Source: Minisyncoccota bacterium
GTDB lineage: Bacteria > Patescibacteriota > Minisyncoccia > Minisyncoccales > Minisyncoccaceae
Reading direction: 5' to 3'
Length of the DNA: 43,082 nt
Assembly: GCA_028716905.1 (NCBI GenBank)
Contig: JAQUOX010000002.1
Location: forward strand, 1 to 43,082
Made by a program: the position numbers and the translations under genes. The stretch's first letter is position 1. Each line of letters opens with the position of its first letter. Positions 9,542 to 18,540 of this stretch are shown one piece after another. Below the pieces are notes generated by a model. That model was given only the letters and a program-made list of their open reading frames with translations. It did no database searches and was not told the origin of the DNA.

Positions 9542-10772
9542 AACGCAAAGCTTCTATGGGATTCAATCGGCTGGCTTTTCTTGCCGGAACCAGGCCGAAG
9601 ACAAGACCGACAGCGATTGAAACGAAAGAAGCGACGATTATTGACGGAAAAGATATTATCAGGTCCCACTTATACCCCATGAAGCCGGCGACGGAAGCAA
9701 CCATTGCCGATATCAGCACCCCCAAAACAATTCCGATTATCCCGGAAATGAAAGTAATGGCGGCCGTCTCAACCAAAAACTGCAGGGTAATGTGAAAATT
9801 TTTGGCTCCGACCGCTTTCCTCAGCCCTATCTCATTCACCCTTTCTTCAACCGTGGCCAGCATTATATTCATGATTCCAAAACCTCCCACAATCAAAGAA
9901 ATGGCGGAAACAGCCACCAGAAAGAACCTGATGGCCGTGGTAATTGTTCCCAGGGCATCCAAGGCCTCCTGAACGGAGCGAACGGTAAAATCATCGTCCT
10001 TGGGGTCGTCGATATTGTGTCTTTCCCTCAAAAAGTCCTCCACATAGCCTATGGTCGCGTCAATGTTCTTCGGGTCATTCACTTTAAACCTGATCATGCT
10101 GACATAATCAATGCCCAGAAGAATATTTTGGGCGGTCTTGACCGGCACCATTATTTCCTGGTCCTGGTTCTGGGTCAACCCCCCGCCTCTTTCTTTCATC
10201 ACTCCGATAATGGTGAAGTTGCTTTTTTTGATTTTAATCCTTTCTCCTAAAGGATTCTGGTCTCCGAAAAGGTCGTCGGCCACCTTGCTTCCCAGAACAA
10301 CCAGTTTGGCTCGGGACATTTCCTCCTCTTTGGTAAAAAACCTTCCTTTTTCCACTTCGGCTTCTTCAACGTCGGGATAGGACGAACTGACGCCGTAAAA
10401 ATTAATGTCCGTTTTTTTGTCTTCCCAGACAACCCTGTCGTTTCCCTTGACGTATGAAGACAAAGCAATAATGGAAGGATAATTTCTCTCCGATAAGGCC
10501 TCGCCGTCTTCGTATTTCAGGGTGGTGATAACCACGCCGAAAACGGAAGAGGGCGGACCGTTTTCTTCCGCCTTGCCCGGAATAATGCTTATCATGTTGG
10601 AGCCCATACTTTTAACTTCGTTCAATATCAAATTCTGGGCACTGGTGCCCACGGACATGACGACGATAACGGCCGTCACCCCGATAATGATACCGAGCAT
10701 GGTTAAAAAAGACCGCATCTTATTGCGAGAAATCATTTTCCAGGAATTGAAAGCGGCCTCGAAAACGTTCAT
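9534..10772 (-). CDS. ABC transporter permease, MacB/FtsX type (second copy)
   Basis: Same architecture as 8306..9541 (ERVNEIGLRKAVGAKNFHI). The two genes overlap by 8 nt. Confidence 0.85.
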   Translation of the reverse strand: MNVFEAAFNSWKMISRNKMRSFLTMLGIIIGVTAVIVVMSVGTSAQNLILNEVKSMGSNMISIIPGKAEENGPPSSVFGVVITTLKYEDGEALSERNYPSIIALSSYVKGNDRVVWEDKKTDINFYGVSSSYPDVEEAEVEKGRFFTKEEEMSRAKLVVLGSKVADDLFGDQNPLGERIKIKKSNFTIIGVMKERGGGLTQNQDQEIMVPVKTAQNILLGIDYVSMIRFKVNDPKNIDATIGYVEDFLRERHNIDDPKDDDFTVRSVQEALDALGTITTAIRFFLVAVSAISLIVGGFGIMNIMLATVEERVNEIGLRKAVGAKNFHITLQFLVETAAITFISGIIGIVLGVLISAMVASVAGFMGYKWDLIISFPSIIVASFVSIAVGLVFGLVPARKASRLNPIEALRYE

Positions 10773-10773
10773 G

Positions 10774-11493
10774 CTACTTCAACAGTTCTTTATGATTTTT
10801 AGCCGATTGCCTTTCCTCCACTCCGTAATCGCTGACAACCAGCCCGTCTTTTATGTTTATGATTCTCTGGGCGTATTCAGCCGTGTATTTCTCGTGAGTA
10901 ACCAAAACAATGGTGTTGCCCCGGCTGTTCAAATCTTCCAAAAGCTTCATTACCTGAAGCCCTGATTTGGAATCCAGGTTGCCCGTGGGCTCGTCGGCGA
11001 ATATCACCTGCGGATTGTTAATCAGGGCCCGGGCAATGGCCACTCGTTGCTTTTCTCCGCCGGACAAGCGGTTAGGGGTGGAGTCCAGCCTATGGCTCAA
11101 TCCGACCTGCTCCAAAATTCCTTTGGCTTTTTTGATTCTTTCCTCGCCGGGAATATTGGTATATACCAAGGGAAGCATGACGTTCTCCAGAACCGAAGTT
11201 CTGTTTAAAAGATTGAAGGACTGGAAGACGAATCCGACCTTGTTGTTTCTCATCTCCGCCAGTTGGTCGTCGTTTAGCTGGCTGACGTCTTTCCCTTCAA
11301 AAAAATATTGGCCGGAGGTCGGCTTGTCCAAGAAACTTAAAATGTACATTAAGGTTGACTTGCCCGAACCGGAAGGCCCCATAATGGAAACAAACTCTCC
11401 TTTTTCAATGTCAAAGCTGATGCCGTTTAAAACCCTGGTTACCACGTCTTCAACCCAAAATTCTTTTTTTATGTCCCGGATGCTGATTAACAT
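10774..11493 (-). CDS. ABC transporter ATP-binding protein (MacB/LolD-like)
   Basis: Walker [10 protein letters not shown], signature LSGGEKQR, Walker B VIFADEPT. Confidence 0.9.
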   Translation of the reverse strand: MLISIRDIKKEFWVEDVVTRVLNGISFDIEKGEFVSIMGPSGSGKSTLMYILSFLDKPTSGQYFFEGKDVSQLNDDQLAEMRNNKVGFVFQSFNLLNRTSVLENVMLPLVYTNIPGEERIKKAKGILEQVGLSHRLDSTPNRLSGGEKQRVAIARALINNPQVIFADEPTGNLDSKSGLQVMKLLEDLNSRGNTIVLVTHEKYTAEYAQRIINIKDGLVVSDYGVEERQSAKNHKELLK

Positions 11494-11494
11494 G

Positions 11495-13072
11495 TTAGTC
11501 CAAAGTTTTTAAAACGACTTCGTCTCCTTCTTGCGCACCGGAAAGAATTTCCACGTTCCCGTCGTCTCCCTTCATGCCCAAGACAACCTCTTTCTCAGCC
11601 AGTTCTCCGTTTTCCAGCACTCGGACATATTTTGTGCCGTCTCTGGTCAAAACCCCCCGGCTGGGAAGATAAAGGATATCGGAACGGAAATCCGTTTTAA
11701 TCAAAATATTGGCCGTCATTCCCGGTTTTACCCTTTCATCGTTATTGTCGTCCAGGGTCACTTTCACCTTGTAATAGACCACGTCCTGAATTTCGGTTGA
11801 AGCCAAATCAATCATAATCACTTTTCCGCTGAATTTCACGTCGTTGCCCAAAGCGTCAAGGGTTATTTCCGCTTCATCATCGTTCGATATCTTGACCACG
11901 TCGGTTTCGGGAACGTCAACCTCTATTTCATAATGAGGGGACAGCATTTCCACCATTGTCTCGGCCGTGGATATGGACTCTCCTTCTTTTTTGTAAATCT
12001 TGGTGACCACTCCGTCAATAGGAGCCTTGATAATGGCCTTATTCCTGTTAGCAATCGCCTGGTCCAAAGCGGCGCGGGAAAAAGCCAAGTCAACCTCTCT
12101 CGGCTCCGCAGTTAAAGAGTTGTAATTCGCTTTCTGAACTTCCAGGGCGGCTTCGGCCGTAGCAACGGCCGCTTCGGCCTGGTTGATATTGCTGTTATTC
12201 TGGGTCTTCAAAATACCGATGTCGTCTTGAAGAGAAGAAACGGTGGTTTGGGCCGTAGAAATGTAGGCCTTCTGATTATCCAGGCTGGTCTTGTCCGCAG
12301 AGGTGATTATCGCTTCGTAAGCCGATTTGGTGCAAATATCCCTGATGACGGTCAAAGAGTTCAGAACCTTGTTCAGAGTGGCGACCATTTGGCTTATGGC
12401 CGAGTCAACGTCTTCCTGTTTATTGCTGCTCTTAGCCGCATTAATGTATGTTTTGGCCAGATTCATCGGTTCTTCGATGTTGTATTTTTCCTCGTCTTTG
12501 ATTCTCAGGCTTTCCTGGCTGTTGCTGATAAAATAGGTTTGCTGAATCGTGGTGACGACGCTATCAGCGTTGTAAATCTTGATATAGGCGTCGTCCAAGG
12601 CCGACTGGGCATAAGAATATTTAGCGTCAAGGCTTTTCTGGGATAATTCCATCGTGTCTTGAAGGGTTTTATTGGCTTGGTCCAAAGTAATTTGGGCGGA
12701 ATCAACCTGCTTTTGAGCAACGGCAATCTGCTCGTCGGTAGCACCGGCCAATTTCTGATTCAGGGTGGCTTCGGCCTGGGCCACGGCGGAATTCAGCTCG
12801 GTCAAAGAAAGATTGGCCAGCCATTGCCCGGTCTTAACCTCCTCCCCTTCTTTAACGTAAATTTTAGAAACCCGGCCCATGGCTTCAAAGTGCAGAGAAA
12901 GATTTTGGGCGGAATCGATTTTTCCGGTTGCATCAACCGTCTGCGCCAAATTTCCTCTTTCCACCTTCACTGTTTCGTACCGGGGGGTTTTTGATTTTCC
13001 GAAAATCTGAAAAACCCCGACAATAACGACTAAAAAGATAACGATTAGGATAATTATGCTCTTCTTTGACAT
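11495..13072 (-). CDS. HlyD/MacA-family periplasmic adaptor with a long coiled-coil insert
   Basis: N-terminal TM helix, lipoyl/barrel-like segments ([32 protein letters not shown]) and a long alpha-helical middle region. First gene of the efflux operon. Confidence 0.8.
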   Translation of the reverse strand: MSKKSIIILIVIFLVVIVGVFQIFGKSKTPRYETVKVERGNLAQTVDATGKIDSAQNLSLHFEAMGRVSKIYVKEGEEVKTGQWLANLSLTELNSAVAQAEATLNQKLAGATDEQIAVAQKQVDSAQITLDQANKTLQDTMELSQKSLDAKYSYAQSALDDAYIKIYNADSVVTTIQQTYFISNSQESLRIKDEEKYNIEEPMNLAKTYINAAKSSNKQEDVDSAISQMVATLNKVLNSLTVIRDICTKSAYEAIITSADKTSLDNQKAYISTAQTTVSSLQDDIGILKTQNNSNINQAEAAVATAEAALEVQKANYNSLTAEPREVDLAFSRAALDQAIANRNKAIIKAPIDGVVTKIYKKEGESISTAETMVEMLSPHYEIEVDVPETDVVKISNDDEAEITLDALGNDVKFSGKVIMIDLASTEIQDVVYYKVKVTLDDNNDERVKPGMTANILIKTDFRSDILYLPSRGVLTRDGTKYVRVLENGELAEKEVVLGMKGDDGNVEILSGAQEGDEVVLKTLD

Positions 13073-13130
13073 GTTTTTTTATTTAGAATTATTCCCTAAA
13101 TAATACCACTTTTTATGACGATTGGCAATA

Positions 13131-13160
13131 CAAAAACCGCGCTCGATAAAGAGCGCGGCT
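13131..13160 (-). terminator. Probable intrinsic terminator after the RRM gene
   Basis: The minus strand reads ccgcgctc-tttatc-gagccgcgg (one bulge) followed by TTTTT. Confidence 0.45.
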
Positions 13161-13176
13161 TAGTTGTTTAAATCAA

Positions 13177-13470
13177 TTACCAGCTCTGCCTTCTGTCTCC
13201 GCCTCGGTTAAAAGGTCGGTCTTCTTTAGGCCTTGCCTCATTGACGGTCAAACTTCTTCCGTCAAAGTCCTTACCATTGAACATTTCGATGGCAGCTTGA
13301 GCTTCCTCGTCGCTTGCCATTTCCACAAAGCCAAATCCTTTTGACCTTCCGGAAATCTTGTCCATGATAACAGTAGCTGACTCAACTGTTCCAGCCTGAG
13401 AAAAATATTCCTTCAGAGCTTCGTCAGAGGTATTGTAAGATAGTCCTCCGACATACAATTTTTTTGCCAT
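13177..13470 (-). CDS. RRM-type RNA-binding protein
   Basis: RNP2 LYVGGL and RNP1 KGFGFVEM. I chose the ATG at 13470 (MAKKLYVGGLS) preceded by aggaa. Confidence 0.85.
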   Translation of the reverse strand: MAKKLYVGGLSYNTSDEALKEYFSQAGTVESATVIMDKISGRSKGFGFVEMASDEEAQAAIEMFNGKDFDGRSLTVNEARPKEDRPFNRGGDRRQSW

Positions 13471-13577
13471 ATTTCCTAAACACAAATAAAAATTATTCCG
13501 CAAGTCGACCCAGGTTCTGCCTTCCCAGTACACTTAATTTTGTGTAAGGAAACATAAACTTTAACTTGCTTTATAAC

Positions 13578-13606
13578 AAATTACACTATCTCCGGCAGAA
13601 AGTCAA
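13578..13606 (-). promoter_or_regulatory. Candidate sigma70-type promoter for the RRM gene
   Basis: Minus strand: TTGACT, 17 nt, TAATTT. This would give a leader of roughly 100 nt. Confidence 0.35.
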
Positions 13607-13609
13607 GCC

Positions 13610-13804
13610 TTATTCGTCGAAATGAAACACGTTTTCTATTTTCTCCTTGAAAACTTTCGCTATTCCGTAAGCCAGCTTCAAAGAAGGAACGTACTTTCCC
13701 TGCTCCAGAAAAACGATGGTTTCCCTTCTCACACCCACTTTTTTGGCGAGCTCTTCCTGGGTCAGGCCCATTCTCGCCCTCAATTCCTTTATTTTTGTTT
13801 TCAT
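13610..13804 (-). CDS. XRE-family helix-turn-helix transcriptional regulator
   Basis: [34 protein letters not shown] is a classic Cro/C1 HTH. Confidence 0.85.
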   Translation of the reverse strand: MKTKIKELRARMGLTQEELAKKVGVRRETIVFLEQGKYVPSLKLAYGIAKVFKEKIENVFHFDE

Positions 13805-14178
13805 AGCATCAAATCTTCTTTTTTGCCGTAATAGAACCTGAAGAAAATGGTCAAGAATATCATTGCCAAAAGTAAAAGACCCAGCAAATCTCCGATTGCC
13901 GTTTTTAAAGGATTAAAATAGTTTATCCACCACAAAAGTATTATTATCATCAAGGTGATTTGAAAAGAAGCGGCCAGGGCGGTATAGGAAATCTTTTTCG
14001 TTCTCTCGTCCTGCTCCGGACCGTTGCCGTATCTTTTATGTCTGATTAGCCCGCTTAAAAGCAAAACCAGGCCGGCCGTGAACATGACCGTGAAGCTGAA
14101 AGAATCAAACCTTGAGGCGAAACTGCCCAGCAAAAGAGCAATTCCTCCCACAATGCCGAACAAATGTCTTTTTTTCAT
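13801..14178 (-). CDS. DUF2178-like four-TM membrane protein
   Basis: Four TM helices and a DERTKKIS loop. The 4-nt overlap with the downstream XRE gene is the usual DUF2178/XRE pairing. Confidence 0.6.
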   Translation of the reverse strand: MKKRHLFGIVGGIALLLGSFASRFDSFSFTVMFTAGLVLLLSGLIRHKRYGNGPEQDERTKKISYTALAASFQITLMIIILLWWINYFNPLKTAIGDLLGLLLLAMIFLTIFFRFYYGKKEDLML

Positions 14179-14263
14179 ATGACAATAATGATTATAATAA
14201 CTATTCCTATGTTATATCATTCTAACATTATTGTCAAGCACAATATTGCTAAATCGCTTAATT

Positions 14264-15061
14264 TTAGTGACCTTTTATTATAAAAATCCAAATGGAATAC
14301 CTAAAAAACTTTAAGAAATCTACTTTTTTTTTATAAATAATCTGTGGTATCGAGTAAAATTTATATTTTATGCCCTTCGGTACCAATTTTATTAATTCGA
14401 AAGCGGTTGGTAAATGCGCATATCCTTTAGGAGCTCCCATCACCTTATTTGATTCGTAAATTATATCTCCTATTAACAGGTCCTTATATGGTTTTCCCGT
14501 TAAATAACAATAAAACATGGATAAACATCTCCGAAAATCTCTTATAAGGTTTTTAACCAAAAAAGCGACGCCTCGTCCCAAATAAAATTTATTAAAGCTT
14601 TCTATAAATATTGTTCCTCCGTCTTTTGTCACTCTTAGCATTTCCTCAATTGCTTTTTTTCTTTTAGAAAATGTCGCTACCGCATTAATAGAAAAACGTG
14701 GACAAAAAATATAATCAAAAACATCGCCTTCAAAAGAAAGATTGGTCATGTCTTCGCATAAAAAACTGACATTTGTTATCCTAAGCTCTCGGGCTTTTTG
14801 CTTCGCGGCTTCAATTGCTTGGGAAGTAATATCAATACCGGTCACGTTAAAACCCATTTGAGCCGCGCCAATAGAAAATCTACCCGAACCGCAACCCAAA
14901 TCTAAAAGCCTCTTCCCCGTCTTCAGTTTACTCAATATTTTTTTCTCAGCGTGACGAAGTGGCTCTTTCGAATAATAAGAAATCTCTCCCGCATAATGAG
15001 AAATATTAAGTTTTTTTATGTTGTTGTAATAATTTTCTTGGGCTGCAAATTCTTCTTCCAT
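14264..15061 (-). CDS. Class I SAM-dependent methyltransferase (AT-rich island)
   Basis: Motif I LLDLGCGSGRFS, then GIDITSQAIEAAKQKA. Confidence 0.8.
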   Translation of the reverse strand: MEEEFAAQENYYNNIKKLNISHYAGEISYYSKEPLRHAEKKILSKLKTGKRLLDLGCGSGRFSIGAAQMGFNVTGIDITSQAIEAAKQKARELRITNVSFLCEDMTNLSFEGDVFDYIFCPRFSINAVATFSKRKKAIEEMLRVTKDGGTIFIESFNKFYLGRGVAFLVKNLIRDFRRCLSMFYCYLTGKPYKDLLIGDIIYESNKVMGAPKGYAHLPTAFELIKLVPKGIKYKFYSIPQIIYKKKVDFLKFFRYSIWIFIIKGH

Positions 15062-15158
15062 GCTTTTCTTTTAAAAACAATATAGTATTTTCAAATAAAA
15101 TTCAAGGTAATGATCCACATCTTAAATAGAGATAAACAGTTCCTCAAAAGTTAAACTA

Positions 15159-15186
15159 TTGACTTTTTTAATAACTATTCTATAAT
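15159..15186 (+). promoter_or_regulatory. Near-consensus promoter for the plus-strand island operon
   Basis: TTGACT (15159-15164), 16-nt spacer, TATAAT (15181-15186). A gggagagga RBS lies just before the ATG at 15230. Confidence 0.5.
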
Positions 15187-15229
15187 TGAAAAAGGCTATT
15201 TGCTCATTGAAAAAAGGGAGAGGATAGTA

Positions 15230-16216
15230 ATGTCTTGTGAAAAAACTTTAATTATTATTAAGCCAGATGGTTTAACCAAGAAGCTGGTCGGATTGATTGT
15301 TGAAAAAGTTTACCAGTACGGCCTGACAATAACGGGCTCGGAAAGAATATGTCTTTCTAAAGAACTGCTAGAGGAATTGTATTCAGAAATTAAAAATAAA
15401 GAATATTTTATCGAAGTGGTAAACTGGATAAGCTCTGCTCCGGTTCTTATATTAATAATAGAAGGGGTGGATGCTGTAAGTACTGTAAAGCAAAAGATAA
15501 TTGGAAAATATCCCAATGGCTTAAGGGGACGGTTTTCTGAAAATTTGATTAAAAACATTGCCCATGCTTCTGATTCCGTTGTTTCCGCCCAAAAAGAAAT
15601 ACGACTCATAGAGCCCATTCTTAAAAGAAACAAGGAGTTGAGCGAAAAAAAATTATCCAATAAAATAATTTTCGCCCTGACAGGCATGAGTGAGTGCGGT
15701 AAAAGCACTGTCGGCAAATATTTTGATTCGAAAGGAATACCTAGACTGAAAATTGTAAAGATTTTTGAAAAAGTCAAGGATACCTACAAACCAAATAAAG
15801 ATGTCAAAACTTTTACAAGTATTGAAGAAAAAAGAGACCCCTACGCTCTGTGGGATGCATTTATCGAACAGTTGTTGGCCGAAATGAACGAACGAAAAGT
15901 TAATGTCGCATCGATTGAAAGTCTTTATGGAGGTGGGCTGGGTTATTATCTAAAACAAAAGCTTGGAAACCATTTTCATATTATCTTTATTGAAGCATCC
16001 GAAGAAAAACGGATTAAACTACAAATGATTCGCGAAAACATTAATGATGCCAATAGGGCCAAACAACTATTACTCTCTAGAGATCGAATAAAAAATGATT
16101 CGGGCATCCCGCAATTAAAGGAAATCGCCGATGAAATTATTGACAATTCCGGTAGCATAAATCAACTTTACGAAAAGGTTGATAAAATCATACATAAATA
16201 TTTCGATCTATATTAA
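15230..16216 (+). CDS. Fusion protein: nucleoside-diphosphate kinase domain + P-loop nucleotide/nucleoside kinase-like domain
   Basis: The N-terminal half reads LIIIKPDG...YFIEVVNWISSAPVLILIIEG...GLRGRF...NIAHASDS, the NDK pattern with the catalytic His retained. The C-terminal half has Walker A GMSECGKST. Confidence 0.75.
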   Translation: MSCEKTLIIIKPDGLTKKLVGLIVEKVYQYGLTITGSERICLSKELLEELYSEIKNKEYFIEVVNWISSAPVLILIIEGVDAVSTVKQKIIGKYPNGLRGRFSENLIKNIAHASDSVVSAQKEIRLIEPILKRNKELSEKKLSNKIIFALTGMSECGKSTVGKYFDSKGIPRLKIVKIFEKVKDTYKPNKDVKTFTSIEEKRDPYALWDAFIEQLLAEMNERKVNVASIESLYGGGLGYYLKQKLGNHFHIIFIEASEEKRIKLQMIRENINDANRAKQLLLSRDRIKNDSGIPQLKEIADEIIDNSGSINQLYEKVDKIIHKYFDLY

Positions 16217-16256
16217 AGTCCCGTTTTACAAATAAGCGGGCTTATTTTTATAAATT

Positions 16257-17465
16257 ATGGCTATATCAAAAATTAAAAATAAATACGCATACCACAAATG
16301 CACAGGAGGAATTCTTTTGTATGGTCAAAATAAACTATTTACCCCCTTATTAAAGAAAAAAAGTGGGGAATGGGTAATTCCCAAAGGACACATAAATCGT
16401 GGTGAAAAAACATTAGAAGCAGCTGTTAGAGAAATTAAAGAAGAGCTTGGATTAAAAAATGTTGCGAAACTAGAAAAAATAACTAAATTAAGAACCATAA
16501 GCTATAAATTTAAATCAAGAGGCGTAGAAAACTTCAAAAGAGTTGATTTGTTCGCCTTCCGCACTCCTAAAAGGTATAAATTATTACCATTAGAAAAAGA
16601 AGGGTTCATAGATGCAAAATGGATGGAAATAGACCGAGCCTTAAAATTTTCTAAATATAAATCGGAGAGAGAGGCTATTAAAATGTCCTCGGATGCATTA
16701 ATTTATCAGGTTGCAAGAAAAAACTTGATAAGTATTTTTAAAAAAACTCTGAATGACAATCTTCTGGGGATAGTTTTGACTGGCAGCTTGCCGAACAATT
16801 ATTTTAAAAGCTGGTGGAGCGATGTTGACATTTTAATTATTGTTAAAAAAATAAACCTATCGATAAAGAAAAAAATAGCTCAAGCAAAAAATTATTTAGA
16901 AAAAAAATGGGGAAGACACGTTGGTATTAATGTTATAGATAAATTAAATGCTACAAATCCAATATTTCCCAACCTTTCCTTGGACGGAAAAACACTACAA
17001 ACCCTACTAGAGGCCAAAAAATATCCTCAAAATATTATTTTTATTAGTAAAAATATAAAACTTTATTGCCCCTCAAAAAAAGAAATAAAAAAATATAGTT
17101 TATCTAATGTTGGCATGCTATTATTAAAAAGCAGAAGAACTCTTACTGAAAAAAAGTTAGTAAATATTAATGATTTTAAAAACGCCACTTCTAAAGAAAT
17201 GCGGACTGCTAATATAATAACCAAGCTCGCAATTCAATATTTTTCTGGTCACACCTGTAAAAACAATAAAGAAGTACTAATAAAATCTCGTCAAGTGTTT
17301 AAGAATTTCGATTTTAGGGTTTTAGAGGAAAACTATGAAGCAATTGATAACTGGAAAAAATTAAATAAATTTGAATTAAAAAATATCCTTACAAGGACTA
17401 CTAATTATATTGAAAAATTTAGTCAATATGTTTTTAAAAAAGCGACAAAAATTAAAAATAATTAG
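16257..17465 (+). CDS. Fusion protein: Nudix hydrolase + Pol-beta-superfamily nucleotidyltransferase with a helical C-terminal region
   Basis: Nudix box GHINRGEKTLEAAVREIKEELGL. The NTase signature TGSLPNNYFKSWWSDVDILIIV fits GS...DxD. Confidence 0.75.
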   Translation: MAISKIKNKYAYHKCTGGILLYGQNKLFTPLLKKKSGEWVIPKGHINRGEKTLEAAVREIKEELGLKNVAKLEKITKLRTISYKFKSRGVENFKRVDLFAFRTPKRYKLLPLEKEGFIDAKWMEIDRALKFSKYKSEREAIKMSSDALIYQVARKNLISIFKKTLNDNLLGIVLTGSLPNNYFKSWWSDVDILIIVKKINLSIKKKIAQAKNYLEKKWGRHVGINVIDKLNATNPIFPNLSLDGKTLQTLLEAKKYPQNIIFISKNIKLYCPSKKEIKKYSLSNVGMLLLKSRRTLTEKKLVNINDFKNATSKEMRTANIITKLAIQYFSGHTCKNNKEVLIKSRQVFKNFDFRVLEENYEAIDNWKKLNKFELKNILTRTTNYIEKFSQYVFKKATKIKNN

Positions 17466-18540
17466 CATCTCCCTACCAAGAAAAAATCAAAAAATATTCA
17501 TTGGGCGAGATATACTCGATCTTTTTATTAACAAATCTTTGGTTCAAAAATATTTTAATTTTATTATCTTAATCGACTCTAATGTACTCTCTATTTATGG
17601 GGATGACATTGATAAAATTAAAAAGCTGTTAGATAATCCGAAAATTATTGCAATTGAACCCAACGAAAACAGCAAAACGTTAGATTTTTTAAATTTAGTT
17701 TTTGAAAAATGCTCTCAAAGTAAACTGTCAAGAAAAAGCTGTTTCATCGCTATCGGCGGTGGTATCGTAGGAGACATAACTGGTTTTATAGCATCTATAT
17801 ATATGAGAGGAATAGATTTTATATTTATTCCAACGACTCTAATGGCTCAAGCAGATACAATTATAGATAAGGTAGCTGTAAGCTATAAATTATTAAAAAA
17901 CATCGCTGGAAGCTTTTATTCGCCAGTTTTAACAATTTGCGACATAAACTTCTTACGGACACTAAATGATAAGGAAGTGGTAATGGGCTTTAGTGAAATC
18001 ATTAAACACGCCTTCATAGACTCTGAAAAACATTTTAATTTTATAAAATCAACAATTAAAAATTATAAACAAGACTTCCAGAAATATCCATGGGAAGAGA
18101 TTATATATAGGTCCTTAAAAATAAAAAGTAAACTCGCCCAAAAAGACCCCTTTGATGAATCTAATTACCATAAAGGATTAAGTTATGGACATACATTTGC
18201 TAATATTTTGGAGGGTATGTCTGGTTTTAAATTAAGACACGGAGAGGCGGTAGCTCTAGGAATGAAGTTTAGTGCGATAGTCAGTCAAAATATGGGAATA
18301 ATGTCTAAAAATCTATTTAACGAACAAAACAATATAATAAAAGAGGTTGGCCTGCCGACGACCATACCAAAATCGTTAAATAAAAAAACCGTCTTGGACC
18401 TTTTTAAAAAAGATAAAATTTCTGACAACGGAGAAATCAATTTGGTTATTTTAGAAAAATTAGGAAAATTTTCAATCCAGAAAAATATAAATCACAGAAT
18501 CATCGAAAAAGCATTAGAATTATTTAATACAATTCAATGA
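17428..18540 (+). CDS. 3-dehydroquinate synthase-like sugar-phosphate cyclase
   Basis: IAIGGGIVGDITGFIASIYMRGIDFIFIPTTLMAQAD, SEIIKHA, GHTF and HGEAVALG match the DHQS NAD- and metal-binding motifs. I chose the ATG at 17428. The track start at 17410 is a TTG. Confidence 0.8.
   Translation: MFLKKRQKLKIISISLPRKNQKIFIGRDILDLFINKSLVQKYFNFIILIDSNVLSIYGDDIDKIKKLLDNPKIIAIEPNENSKTLDFLNLVFEKCSQSKLSRKSCFIAIGGGIVGDITGFIASIYMRGIDFIFIPTTLMAQADTIIDKVAVSYKLLKNIAGSFYSPVLTICDINFLRTLNDKEVVMGFSEIIKHAFIDSEKHFNFIKSTIKNYKQDFQKYPWEEIIYRSLKIKSKLAQKDPFDESNYHKGLSYGHTFANILEGMSGFKLRHGEAVALGMKFSAIVSQNMGIMSKNLFNEQNNIIKEVGLPTTIPKSLNKKTVLDLFKKDKISDNGEINLVILEKLGKFSIQKNINHRIIEKALELFNTIQ

Noticed and set aside
15310-15777. 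155-aa minus-strand ORF antisense to the NDK-kinase gene. The same applies to 15976..16158, 19007..19243, 42289..42474 and 42790..42996.
   Set aside because: All are antisense shadows within genes that have clear catalytic motifs on the other strand.
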